From NCBI GenBank assembly GCA_029560805.1, contig JAKQKE010000250.1:529-64528 (forward strand): a DNA stretch of 64,000 nt, given 5' to 3'. The stretch comes from Spirochaetota bacterium (lineage in GTDB: Bacteria; Spirochaetota; Spirochaetia; Treponematales; UBA12059). This document shows positions 35,465 through 44,553 of the stretch, piece by piece. Each line of letters opens with the position of its first letter. The stretch's first letter is position 1. A program made the position numbers and the translations under genes. The notes under the pieces are model-generated. The model had not been told where the DNA came from. It saw only the letters and a list, made by a program, of their open reading frames with translations, and did not search any database.

Positions 35465-35650
35465 ATCGCCTTGGCAGGTCTTCTGGCTTCCGGGTCGTCC
35501 GGCGGTCGCGCCTTCCCGGCCCCGGAAGGGCCAGTGGCGATGAGCGATCGTCGTATCCGGGTACAGCGGCGGGTCCGCTCCCGATTTGAACGGGATTCCC
35601 TCTTGGCGGCGGGCAGCTTGGGCCGCTCGCCGAACCTTGGCGTGTCCTCG
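35465..35650 (-). ncRNA. cobalamin (B12) riboswitch
   Basis: The minus strand reads ...AAGAGGGAAUCCCGUUCAAAUCGGGAGCGGACCCGCCGCUGUACCCGG...GCCACUGGCCC...GGGAAGGCG...GAAGCCAGAAGACCUGCC. These are the conserved core blocks and the B12 box (35473-35487) of the cobalamin riboswitch. It lies about 160 nt upstream of the TonB-family CDS. Confidence 0.8.
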
Positions 35651-35772
35651 TTATACGGACTAACGCCTCGGAGGTCAAGCGACGCCCGGCCCCGTTTCTA
35701 GTCGCCGGAACGGGGGCGGTACTTTCTGGCTATGCTCTCTCCCGTGCTATACTCGCCCGCGAGGAGAACCCC

Positions 35773-36888
35773 ATGATAGACGCAAGGCTCGAGAAGCTGG
35801 CCAAGATACTCGTCAATTACTCGGTCAAGGTAAAGCCGGGAGAGAACGTGCTCGTGCAGGATACCGGCATCGAGCCGGCCTTCGACCGCGCCCTGGTCAA
35901 GGCGATTCACGAGGCCGGCGGCCGCGCCTTCGTGTCGCTACGCGACAAGACGCTCGACCGCGCCCTGCTCCGTGACGCGCCGCCAGAGCAGGTGGAGCTC
36001 CAGGCCCGCTTCGAACGGGAGCGGATGGACGCGATGGACTGCTTCATCGGGTTCAATGCCTGGCGCAACCTCTCCTCGTGGTCGGACCTATCCGGCGACG
36101 AGCTCGACCTGTACAACAAGAACATCTGGAAGAAGGTGCACATCGAGTCGCGCCTGCCGGGCACCCGCTGGGTGGTGCTACGCTTCCCGACCGCCGCGAT
36201 GGCCCAGATGGCCGCGATGAGCGAGGAAGCCTTCGAGGACTTCTTCTTCGACGTGTGCACGATGGACTACGCCCGCATGTCCAAGGCGATGGACGCCCTG
36301 GTGTCCTACCTGGCTAAGACCGACGAGGTACGCATCGTCGGCCCGGGCACCGACCTCTCCTTCTCGGTCAAGGGCCTGCCCCCGATCAAGTGCGACGGCA
36401 CGATGAACATTCCCGACGGGGAGGTCTACACCGCTCCGGTCAAGGGCTCGGTCAACGGCGTCATCCAGTACAACACGCCGAGCGAGCACGAGGGCTTCAC
36501 CTACGAGAACATCCGCTTCGAGTTCAAGGACGGCAAGATTATCAAGGCGACGAGCAACGATAACGAGCGCTTAAACCGCGTGCTCGACACCGACGAGGGC
36601 GCCCGCTACGTGGGCGAATTCGCGTTCGGCGTCAACCCGTACATCACCCGAGCGATGAAGGAGACCCTGTTCGACGAGAAGATCTCCGGGTCCATCCACT
36701 TCACGCCGGGCAACAGCTACGACGACTGCTTCAACGGTAACCGCTCGGCCGTCCACTGGGACCTGGTCCTGATCCAGACACCCGAGTTCGGTGGCGGAGA
36801 GATCTGGCTCGACGGCAGGCTCGTACGTAAGGACGGCCTCTTCGTCGTGCCGGAGCTCGAGGGGCTCAACCCGAAGAACCTCATGTGA
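35773..36888 (+). CDS. M29-family aminopeptidase (AmpS/PepS type)
   Basis: ORF 35773-36888. The N-terminus MIDARLEKLAKILVNYSVKVKPGENVLV, plus IPDGEVYTAP and HFTPGNS, are typical of thermophilic metalloprotease M29. Confidence 0.85.
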   Translation: MIDARLEKLAKILVNYSVKVKPGENVLVQDTGIEPAFDRALVKAIHEAGGRAFVSLRDKTLDRALLRDAPPEQVELQARFERERMDAMDCFIGFNAWRNLSSWSDLSGDELDLYNKNIWKKVHIESRLPGTRWVVLRFPTAAMAQMAAMSEEAFEDFFFDVCTMDYARMSKAMDALVSYLAKTDEVRIVGPGTDLSFSVKGLPPIKCDGTMNIPDGEVYTAPVKGSVNGVIQYNTPSEHEGFTYENIRFEFKDGKIIKATSNDNERLNRVLDTDEGARYVGEFAFGVNPYITRAMKETLFDEKISGSIHFTPGNSYDDCFNGNRSAVHWDLVLIQTPEFGGGEIWLDGRLVRKDGLFVVPELEGLNPKNLM

Positions 36889-36932
36889 CGACGGCTTGAG
36901 TGGGCGTTCCGCCGCATGGTACCCTGGCGCGC

Positions 36933-38243
36933 ATGAATCGAACGCTTTCAGGCGCCGGGGCCGCCCGGACGGCCGCCGCGGCCGCCCGGACGGCCGCCGC
37001 GGCCATCGTCGCGCTCGCCCTGCTATCGGCCTCCGGCTGCGCCAGCTACGGTAGGCTCGAGCGCTACCGGGAGACCTATCCGGACGCCGCCGCCTTCTTG
37101 GAGTCGCGCGGCGTGCCTAGCTTCGGGGCCTCCGAGCCGGCTCTGTACATGGACGGCGGCGCTTGGTTCGAGCGCGCGATGGAGCTGATAGCCGGCGCCG
37201 AGGACTACATACTCATATCGTCGTTCCTCATAACCGACATAGACAGGCAGCGGGCTATCTTCGACGCGCTGGCCGAGCGTATGGCCGCCGGCGTCCGCGT
37301 GTATATGATCGTCGACTCGGCGTCGTATTACCGCACCTATCCGATGGACGCCGAGCCCATCCCGGCCTCGACGCCGTTGGCCAGGAACTTCGGTATACCG
37401 CTGATCGAGTACAACCCCATACGCGGCCGGCGCATCTTCACATTGCTCGGCCTGCTCGACCGCGATCACCGCAAGTTCTGGGTCGTCGATGGACGGACCG
37501 TGGTCACCGGCGGCCAGAACGTCGACTATGACTCGCTGCGCGATGTAGGGAACGGGGGCTGCGTCGACGCAATGATCGAGTACGAGTCGCCGGGAGCGGC
37601 CGCCTTCCTGCGCGACAGCTTCGTGCGTACCTGGAACGCGTATTCCCTCGACCCGCTCGATCCCGACGACTTCGCCGTCGGCGACGCCGACACGCCGTAT
37701 CGGTTGTCGGTCATCGACCAGGGCCTGCGTAGCCCGGGGCTCGTCACCGACATGTTCGACGGCTTCATGGCTTTCGCGTCCGAGGAGCTGTGGCTCGTGC
37801 AGTGCTACGCCTACCTGACGCCGTCCCTGCTCGACAGGGTGCGCTTCGCGGTCGACCGCGGCGTGCGCGTCAACGTGGTGCTGTCGCGCGAGCACGTGAC
37901 GGCGCGGGCGCTGTACGGGTCGTACTACGGCATGCTCGACCTTCTGGACGCGGGCGCCTCGGTCTACCTCTACGAGTCTGACGTCGGCTCCCTGCTCCAT
38001 TTTAAGCTGATCATGGCGGACGGGGAGCTGGCTTCGGTCGGTTCGGCGAACTACAACCTGCGTTCGCAGACGACCTCGCGGGAGCTGTCCTTCATCGTCT
38101 CCGACCAGGAGTCGCTGGCCATGATACGCGCCGAGCTCGACGCCCTGCTCGCCTCCTGCCGGCCGGTCGGCCGCGAGGAGGCCAGACGCTACCGGGGCCT
38201 GCCGTATCTCCTGCAAAACCTGCTTATGCAGTTCTGGGGTTAG
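36933..38243 (+). CDS. phospholipase D / cardiolipin-synthase-like lipoprotein (two HKD motifs)
   Basis: ORF 36900-38243. I prefer ATG 36933 (MNRTLSG...LLSASGC lipobox). The HKD motifs are HRKFWVVDGRTVVTGGQN and HFKLIMADGELASVGSANYN. Confidence 0.75.
   Translation: MNRTLSGAGAARTAAAAARTAAAAIVALALLSASGCASYGRLERYRETYPDAAAFLESRGVPSFGASEPALYMDGGAWFERAMELIAGAEDYILISSFLITDIDRQRAIFDALAERMAAGVRVYMIVDSASYYRTYPMDAEPIPASTPLARNFGIPLIEYNPIRGRRIFTLLGLLDRDHRKFWVVDGRTVVTGGQNVDYDSLRDVGNGGCVDAMIEYESPGAAAFLRDSFVRTWNAYSLDPLDPDDFAVGDADTPYRLSVIDQGLRSPGLVTDMFDGFMAFASEELWLVQCYAYLTPSLLDRVRFAVDRGVRVNVVLSREHVTARALYGSYYGMLDLLDAGASVYLYESDVGSLLHFKLIMADGELASVGSANYNLRSQTTSRELSFIVSDQESLAMIRAELDALLASCRPVGREEARRYRGLPYLLQNLLMQFWG
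36960..37001. repeat. 21-bp x2 in-frame tandem repeat (AARTAAA x2) in the signal region
   Basis: GCCGCCCGGACGGCCGCCGCG occurs twice in tandem. Confidence 0.9.
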
Positions 38244-38246
38244 ACT

Positions 38247-38801
38247 ATGAAGCTGGTACGTACGTTCGCCTGCGCCGCCTTGCTCGCGGCGGCGGCCCTG
38301 CCAACCTCGGCCGAACCGCGCTCGCCCTGGCTCGGCGGCGTCCTATTCTCGACCAGGGGCTTTTCCGAGGACTCGTCCCACGCGGCCGGAGAGTATCTAG
38401 ACCTGGGCCTCTTCGTCGATCCGTTCGACTTCGCCGTCCTGAGGCCGTCAGCCTCTCTCCGGCTGATCGTCCCCCTGTTCCCGTTCGACGCGGGGCGGAT
38501 CGAGGGCGCCGCTGGCCTGGACCTGGAGCTGTTCGGCCTGAGGAAGCATCCGCTCCGCGCGATCATGGCCCAGGCCAGCGCCTACGCGCCGGCGCTGTCG
38601 GCCGCCAGGAGCTTCTCCTTCGTCGATCCTCTGAGCGGGGAGTGGGTCGTCGGCGCTCATCCTATCAGGCTCAGGACCGGTGACGCGCGCTATAGCTTCC
38701 TGTCGCCGGAGCTGCGCTTCGGCCCGGGGTTCGAGCCGGCCGGCTGGAGCCTCAAGCTGTTCGAGTTCTCATACCTGATCTTTGCGGAGGCGCGGCGATG
38801 A
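38247..38801 (+). CDS. secreted hypothetical protein
   Basis: ORF 38247-38801. Signal peptide MKLVRTFACAALLAAAALPTSA, 3 nt after the PLD stop. Aromatic-rich beta-like segments. Confidence 0.45.
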   Translation: MKLVRTFACAALLAAAALPTSAEPRSPWLGGVLFSTRGFSEDSSHAAGEYLDLGLFVDPFDFAVLRPSASLRLIVPLFPFDAGRIEGAAGLDLELFGLRKHPLRAIMAQASAYAPALSAARSFSFVDPLSGEWVVGAHPIRLRTGDARYSFLSPELRFGPGFEPAGWSLKLFEFSYLIFAEARR

Positions 38802-39340
38802 GGCGGCCATCTATCATCGCGTTCGTGGCTGTTCTCCTGACGGCGGCGCTGGCAAGCGCGTCCGCGCAGGAATGGGGCGTCGCTGTCGGCTCGTGGTCGT
38901 TCGCCGGCGGCGGTCCGGGGCCCGGCGCGTACGCCTGCGCCGGCCTTTCGGCCGGGCTCGGCCAGCGTCTGGAACTCGAGGCCTTCGGCGTCGCGCGGGC
39001 CACGCCGGCGCCTTTCGGCGACGCGCTGGCCGGCGCCATCCTCGGCTTCTCCGTGTTCGGGCCCAGGCGGACCACCTACTTCAACATGGTTCTCGACCTG
39101 GGTTTCCTGCAGACCGTCGTCGAGGATGGTATTCCCGGTCTGGGCCCGTCGTACGCGATGCTCAGGCTGTCGCCGCTGGTCGTCGGCACGCCGTACTACG
39201 GCCACCGCGACCGCATCTTCTCGCTTGGGCTCGTGTACGACCTCGGCTCCGGCGCCCTGTCGGCCACCTGGAATGTCCTCATCGTCCACTGGTACCCCGG
39301 TAGCCACGCGTGGCTACCCGCCGGAGACCGTGAAAGGTAA
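38798..39340 (+). CDS. secreted hypothetical protein
   Basis: ORF 38798-39340. ATGA overlap with the previous gene. Signal peptide MRRPSIIAFVAVLLTAALASASA. Gly/aromatic-rich. Confidence 0.45.
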   Translation: MRRPSIIAFVAVLLTAALASASAQEWGVAVGSWSFAGGGPGPGAYACAGLSAGLGQRLELEAFGVARATPAPFGDALAGAILGFSVFGPRRTTYFNMVLDLGFLQTVVEDGIPGLGPSYAMLRLSPLVVGTPYYGHRDRIFSLGLVYDLGSGALSATWNVLIVHWYPGSHAWLPAGDRER

Positions 39341-39344
39341 CGCC

Positions 39345-41423
39345 ATGCTCACTCCTACAAGCGCCTCGGGGCGCAAAGCCATACTGGGGGCCGTCCTGGT
39401 CGCGCTCTTCGCGCTACCGGACCGCGTCTCGGCCGACGACTTGATGCTCGCGTCGACGCCCGTCTTCGTCGGCAGGGAGGCCTTCGAGGCTCGCGTCGCC
39501 GCGCGCGTAGCCGCTCGTTCCGGGGGCCGCGAGCCGGTCGGACTCGTGCTGTCAGGTGGCTCGGCCAGGGCCTTCGCCCATATCGGCGTGCTCAGGCGGC
39601 TCGAGGAAGACGGCGTCGTGCCGGACTACATCGTCGCCAACTCCATGGGCTCCATCATCGGCCTCCTCTACGCGGCCGGCCTCTCGCCCGACCAGATCTA
39701 CGGCCTGGTATCGGGCACCGAGCTCGGCGCCCTGTTCGAGCCGACCCTGCCGGTCTCCGGCGGCGTGCTCGACCCGAGGCGCTTCAGCGATCTGATCCGG
39801 CTCTACCTCGGCGACCTGAGGCTCGAAGATCTACCCATCCCCATCGTCGTCATCTGCGAAGACCTGCGGACCAAGCGCGAGATACGCCTGGCCGAGGGCG
39901 ACCTGGTCACGGTCCTCGAGGCGGCCTACGCGCTGCCGGTGTTCTTTCCGCCGGTCGAGCTCGATGACTACCTGCTGATCGACGGCGGCGTGACGAACCT
40001 GGTGCCGCTCGGCGCAGCCCGGGAATTCTCCGATACCGTCATCGTCTCGAGCACCTTCTACGACAACCCGCGGCTAAACCTGCGCAACCCCATCATCGTG
40101 CTCAATACCTCGATCGATATCGGCAAGCGGCGCGCGGGCGTGGCCGACCTGCTCGAGTACCCGGACGCGCTCTGGATACGCTGTTCGGTCGAGTCGTTCT
40201 CGTTCATGTCGTTCGACCGGCTGGCCGAGCTCGACGCCGAGGGCTACCGATCGGCCGACGCTCTGTCGGACCGGCTGGCCGGGATCGCGTCGGGCGGGGT
40301 CGACGAGACGCTGGCGGCGGTACGCCTCGAGCGGGGCGCGGCCATCGCCGAGGCGTACCGGGCCTGGGCTCCGTTCGAGCGGGCGCCGGCGGCGAGGCCG
40401 GCCCTGTCGGTCACGCCGACGGTGCGCTCGAGCGCCTATCCGGGCGACCCGTACCTGTACCTGGACTCCGTATTCGTCGGCGCCGGGCTGGGCCTGCGCT
40501 GGGGCGCGCTCGAGGCGTCGCTCGACGCGGGCGGCGACTGGCGAGCGTACGGAGACGGCTCCTTCGTCCCGGCCGCGTCCGTCTCGGCGAGCGTCGACCC
40601 GCTGCCGTGGCTCAGGCTCGAGACCCTCGTCCTGGCCGATTGGGAAAGCCTCTCCGAGCACGGCGACGACGGCGAACGGGTAGGCGGCGTCTCGATACCG
40701 GCGCTGTACCAGCGGAGCGCGCTCCGGGCCGCGCTCGTCCGGGGCGGCTCTCGCCTCGAGCTGTCCTCGGCGGTCGAGGCCGACGGGCTGGCGTCCGAAG
40801 GAGCGGCCTGGCTCCTGACCAGCGGCGCCAGGTACGTCGCGTCGCGTCCCGCGTCCAGTAAGGCGGCCGCGGGCGGCGCGCTCCGGGAGCTGTCCGCGAG
40901 CCTCGGCCATCAGTTGGCTGGCGACCGGGACGAGCACCTGGCCTGGGCCGACGCCTCCGCGGCCCTATCGCCGTTCGCGTCGTCGGCAGCGCTCCGCCCG
41001 CTGACCGCGAGGCTCGGCGCCATGGCGCGGGTCGCGCTGAGCGCCGGCGCCGCCGCGCCCTTCTACCTTTCGGACGCCGTGTTCGCGCCCGAGCCGGCCG
41101 CCCTCGACGGCGTCGGGCCAGCGGTCTACGGGGCGTCGCTGAGCCTAGGCTGGGAGCCTCCGACTGCCTCGGCCTCGTTCGCCGAGCTCGTCATAGCCAG
41201 GAAGCTGTCGCTGGCGGCCTTCGCGGACGCCGCCTGGGCCGGCAGCCCCGCCGGCCTCGCCGTCCCGGCGCTCCCGGCGGCGCTGACCGTCGGGCTGCGG
41301 GCCGGCTGCGACTTCTCGCTGATCGGGCTCAAGTCGTCGAGCCTGTCACTCGAGGCAGGCTACGACCTGGCCGGCGGCTCGTTCGCCGCTCGGCTGTACC
41401 TGTCGCCGGTCGGGGGGTACTGA
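39345..41423 (+). CDS. patatin-like phospholipase with long C-terminal beta-rich (outer-membrane-like) region
   Basis: Internal ATG 39345 of ORF 39126-41423. It has a signal peptide, the oxyanion motif LSGGSARAF, the nucleophile elbow ANSMGS and the catalytic DGG (LIDGGVTN). The C-terminal roughly 400 aa are Ala/Gly/Ser-rich with alternating strands and end in ...ARLYLSPVGGY. Confidence 0.75.
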   Translation: MLTPTSASGRKAILGAVLVALFALPDRVSADDLMLASTPVFVGREAFEARVAARVAARSGGREPVGLVLSGGSARAFAHIGVLRRLEEDGVVPDYIVANSMGSIIGLLYAAGLSPDQIYGLVSGTELGALFEPTLPVSGGVLDPRRFSDLIRLYLGDLRLEDLPIPIVVICEDLRTKREIRLAEGDLVTVLEAAYALPVFFPPVELDDYLLIDGGVTNLVPLGAAREFSDTVIVSSTFYDNPRLNLRNPIIVLNTSIDIGKRRAGVADLLEYPDALWIRCSVESFSFMSFDRLAELDAEGYRSADALSDRLAGIASGGVDETLAAVRLERGAAIAEAYRAWAPFERAPAARPALSVTPTVRSSAYPGDPYLYLDSVFVGAGLGLRWGALEASLDAGGDWRAYGDGSFVPAASVSASVDPLPWLRLETLVLADWESLSEHGDDGERVGGVSIPALYQRSALRAALVRGGSRLELSSAVEADGLASEGAAWLLTSGARYVASRPASSKAAAGGALRELSASLGHQLAGDRDEHLAWADASAALSPFASSAALRPLTARLGAMARVALSAGAAAPFYLSDAVFAPEPAALDGVGPAVYGASLSLGWEPPTASASFAELVIARKLSLAAFADAAWAGSPAGLAVPALPAALTVGLRAGCDFSLIGLKSSSLSLEAGYDLAGGSFAARLYLSPVGGY

Positions 41424-41591
41424 GCCCGGCGACGTTGCGAAGGTTGACAAGCGGGGGCAAGGCGCTTACGGTTAAACGGTACTCGTATGCGGAGGGTTTC
41501 GATGGCTCCTCGGTGCAACGGCCGCCTCGCTCACGTCTCGCCGTCGAAGACCGCCGTTATCATGACACGAATAGAAAAAGGCTGATCATTT

Positions 41592-42680
41592 ATGAAACCA
41601 TTGCCTGAATCGGAAAGCGCGACGTCGGTCAAGGCTCTCGCCCCCGTGTCTCGTCAGCGAGCCCGCTACCTCGCTCTCGTAGGCCTGTCGAGCGCTCTCC
41701 TCGTCGCGCGGGTCGCGTTGACCTCGCCGTCCTTCGATGCCGTCGCCGTCGCGCGGGCCGCCGTATCCGGATTGGCCCTGGTTGTCGTCGGGATCTTGAC
41801 GGTCGACGCGTCGCTCAACAAGAAGCGGCCGCTCGTCGCCCGCCTATCGTCCAAGAGCCGTCGCCTCGCGGCCGCCGCCTACCTGACCACCTACGCCGTC
41901 TGCGTCCTCGACGTAGCCGCCGGCGTCGATCCGTACCTGTTCATACCGGGGATGGTCGTCTACTGCTTCTTCGTCTGGGACCGGCCCGGCTTCCTGGCCG
42001 TATCCGCGGGGCTATGCGCCTATGCCGTGACGCGGGCCATGGCGGCCTTTGGGCGAGGCGTCGGTGCCGACGACTTCATGATGCTCGCGTTCGGCGTGAT
42101 CGTGGCCCTGTACGCCGCCGACACCGTGAAGAAGAGCGTGTTGCCGAGCGAGGAGCGACTGCGCGCCCTGAGTCTCGAGAACGAGGAGCTATGGAACCTT
42201 TCGTTCAGGGATACGCTGACCGGCCTCTATAATCGTCGCTATATCCAGCAGATCGCCATCCACCTGTTTTCGCGGGCCGTACGCTACAAGGAGCAGCTAC
42301 ACGTGCTTATGATAGACATTGACCATTTTAAGCGGGTCAACGACAAGCTCGGGCACGCCGTCGGTGACGAGGTGCTCAAGGGCGTGGCTCAGACCATCCA
42401 GGCCACCATACGCACGAGCGACACGGTAGCCCGCTTCGGCGGCGAGGAATTCATCGTGTACATGGTCAGGTCGGATCCTGAGACTACGCAGTTCATAGCC
42501 AACAGGATCCGCGACGGTGTAGCCGCGGTCCAGTTCCCCGGTGTGCCCTGGCAGATCACCATCAGCGTAGGCGTGGCCGGCCTCCAGGAGAACGACACCA
42601 TAGACTCGCTGGTGGAACGGTCGGATCAGTTCCTCTACGTGTCGAAGCATCGCGGCCGTAACCGCGTCTCCGGCTTTTAG
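41592..42680 (+). CDS. membrane-anchored diguanylate cyclase (GGDEF)
   Basis: ORF 41592-42680. About 6 N-terminal TM helices. LTGLYNRRY, DIDHFKRVND and an intact RFGGEEF active site are present. Confidence 0.85.
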   Translation: MKPLPESESATSVKALAPVSRQRARYLALVGLSSALLVARVALTSPSFDAVAVARAAVSGLALVVVGILTVDASLNKKRPLVARLSSKSRRLAAAAYLTTYAVCVLDVAAGVDPYLFIPGMVVYCFFVWDRPGFLAVSAGLCAYAVTRAMAAFGRGVGADDFMMLAFGVIVALYAADTVKKSVLPSEERLRALSLENEELWNLSFRDTLTGLYNRRYIQQIAIHLFSRAVRYKEQLHVLMIDIDHFKRVNDKLGHAVGDEVLKGVAQTIQATIRTSDTVARFGGEEFIVYMVRSDPETTQFIANRIRDGVAAVQFPGVPWQITISVGVAGLQENDTIDSLVERSDQFLYVSKHRGRNRVSGF

Positions 42681-42690
42681 CCCGCGGCGC

Positions 42691-44466
42691 TTAGCGGCGT
42701 AGCAGGAACGACGAGTAGCGCGAGCCGGTTCCGCGGGACAGGTACCTGCCCTCGAGCTCGAGCGGCGGTAGCGCGTGGCTGAACAGGAAGCCCTGGGCGA
42801 AGTCGCAGCCCATGGACTTGAGTAGGTAGAACTGCTCCGCCGCCTCCACACCTTCGGCGACCACCGAAAGGTTCATGCGGTGGGCCAACGCGACGATGCC
42901 GCTGACTATCTCCCTCGCGGCGTTCGACGTCTCGATGTCCTTGATGAAGTCGCGGTCTATCTTCACCATGTCGATGGGCAGGTTCTTCAGGTACGACAGC
43001 GACGAGTAGCCGGTGCCGAAGTCGTCGACCGACAGCGACACGCCGAGCGCCTTGAGCCTGGCGATGCCGAGGGCCGCGTCGTCGAGCCGCTCGAGGAGCA
43101 CGCTCTCGGTGATCTCGACTATCAACCGATCGGGCGATAGCCCCGTGGTCTCGAGCACCTCGGCTATCATGCTGGGGAATTCGGGGCGCTCGAGCTGGAC
43201 CGGCGACACGTTGACGGCGACCTTGAGCGAGGCGCTGTCGCTCCTGGTCCAGGCGCCGCCCTGCCTGCACGCCGTGCGCATGACCAGCTCGCCGAGCCTG
43301 ATGATCAGGCCGGTTTCCTCGGCCAGCGGTATGAAGCTCTCGGGGGCCACGTCGCCGCGTATCGGGTCGTCCCAGCGGACGAGGGCCTCCACGCTCTCGA
43401 TCTCGCCTGTGGATACCCTGACTACCGGCTGGTAATGCACGAATAGGAGCCCCGCTTCGATGGCCGCGCGTAGGTCCGTCTCGAGCGCGGTACGGCCGCG
43501 GCGGTCGCGGTACAGACCCTCTTCGAACTGGGTGATGCCGTTTCGGCCGGCGTCCTTGCAGGCCTGGAGGGCTACATCGGCCGCGGCGAGCAGCTCGGTG
43601 GCGTTGGCGCCGTCCCGGGGCCATACGGCGACGCCGAGGCTGGCCCGCAACCCGAACGACTTGCCGTCGAGCAGGATGGGCTCGCCGAAGGCCGCCTGGC
43701 CCCTGGCCGCCGCCTCGTGCGATTCGTCGGGGTCGCGCACCGGCATCAGGACGCCGAATTCGTCCCCGGCGGTCCGCGCGCAGATGTCGCCTGCCCTGAC
43801 CGTCGCGGCGACGCGCTTGCCGGCGGCGCGGAGCAGCAGGTCGCCGCAGTCGTGGCCGAAATCGGTGTTGTAGCGCTTGAAGTCGTCGAGGTCGGCGACC
43901 ACGACGACGAGGCTGGAGGTCTCCGCATCGCTGCGCTTGATGACCGAGTCGATCGCGGCCGCGAATAGCGTACGGTTCGGCAGGCCGGTCAGCTCGTCGT
44001 GGTTGCGCGTCCAGGCCAGGCGCTCGAGCGCCTCTCTCTCGTCGGTGACGTCCCTCACGACGCCGACGTAGCAGGGGCCGTCCACGGGAGAACAGGCGGC
44101 GGACGCCTCGGGGGCCAGGCTCAGTCGTATCTCCTCGACGCTCGGTCGGCTGGAATCGCGGCTGCGAGTCAGCTCGCCGCTCCAGTAGCCTACCGACTCG
44201 AGGGCGGCCTTGGCATTGGCCAGCGGCCGGTCGTTCATCGGCTCGGGGTAAAGCTGGTTCAGAGTCGGCGGCTCGTCGACGAAGGAGTCGAGGCTCGTGG
44301 ACATGACGAACGCGTGGTTCGCGTACCGTATCCTGAGGCTTCTGTCGGCGAAGAATACGCCGTCCTTCATGATGGATAGCAGGGTGCGCGAGAGGGCAAG
44401 CCTGTCGCCCTGCGACGCCTCGCCCCACTGACCGCTTTTCTCGTCTACCGTCTTGTCGCTACGCAT
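42691..44466 (-). CDS. PAS - GGDEF(degenerate) - EAL c-di-GMP phosphodiesterase-type protein
   Basis: ORF 42691-44466. The GGDEF motif reads AGDEF. The EAL domain has EALVRW, DDFGTGYSSLSYL and KIDRDF. ORF 42677-44428 is an off-frame shadow. Confidence 0.85.
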   Translation of the reverse strand: MRSDKTVDEKSGQWGEASQGDRLALSRTLLSIMKDGVFFADRSLRIRYANHAFVMSTSLDSFVDEPPTLNQLYPEPMNDRPLANAKAALESVGYWSGELTRSRDSSRPSVEEIRLSLAPEASAACSPVDGPCYVGVVRDVTDEREALERLAWTRNHDELTGLPNRTLFAAAIDSVIKRSDAETSSLVVVVADLDDFKRYNTDFGHDCGDLLLRAAGKRVAATVRAGDICARTAGDEFGVLMPVRDPDESHEAAARGQAAFGEPILLDGKSFGLRASLGVAVWPRDGANATELLAAADVALQACKDAGRNGITQFEEGLYRDRRGRTALETDLRAAIEAGLLFVHYQPVVRVSTGEIESVEALVRWDDPIRGDVAPESFIPLAEETGLIIRLGELVMRTACRQGGAWTRSDSASLKVAVNVSPVQLERPEFPSMIAEVLETTGLSPDRLIVEITESVLLERLDDAALGIARLKALGVSLSVDDFGTGYSSLSYLKNLPIDMVKIDRDFIKDIETSNAAREIVSGIVALAHRMNLSVVAEGVEAAEQFYLLKSMGCDFAQGFLFSHALPPLELEGRYLSRGTGSRYSSFLLRR

Positions 44467-44553
44467 ACGCGTTGAATACCGTCCAGTTCGCCACGACCGA
44501 GTTCACGCTTGTATCCGACACGGCAGGCAAGATTTCACTATACTCTAGCATGG

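Noticed and set aside
35570-35600. T-arm-like TCCCGTTCAAATCGGGA on the minus strand, considered as a tRNA or tmRNA 3' end
   Set aside because: No matching acceptor 5' strand, D-arm or anticodon arm exists. The segment is the conserved GGGAA...AAAUC...GCGG core of the cobalamin riboswitch.
33694-35701. Arg/Pro-rich ORFs 33694-34521 (-), 34568-35701 (+) and 35113-35589 (+)
   Set aside because: They overlap the GH13 gene, the TonB gene and the riboswitch. Their composition (poly-R/P/G) is characteristic of non-coding frames in GC-rich DNA.
42677-44428. 583-aa and 530-aa (46983-48575) same-strand off-frame ORFs
   Set aside because: They share the strand of the EAL protein and the NtrX-like EBP respectively, in another frame. 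Their Arg/Pro/Gly-rich products have no motifs. The in-frame alternatives carry complete catalytic signatures.
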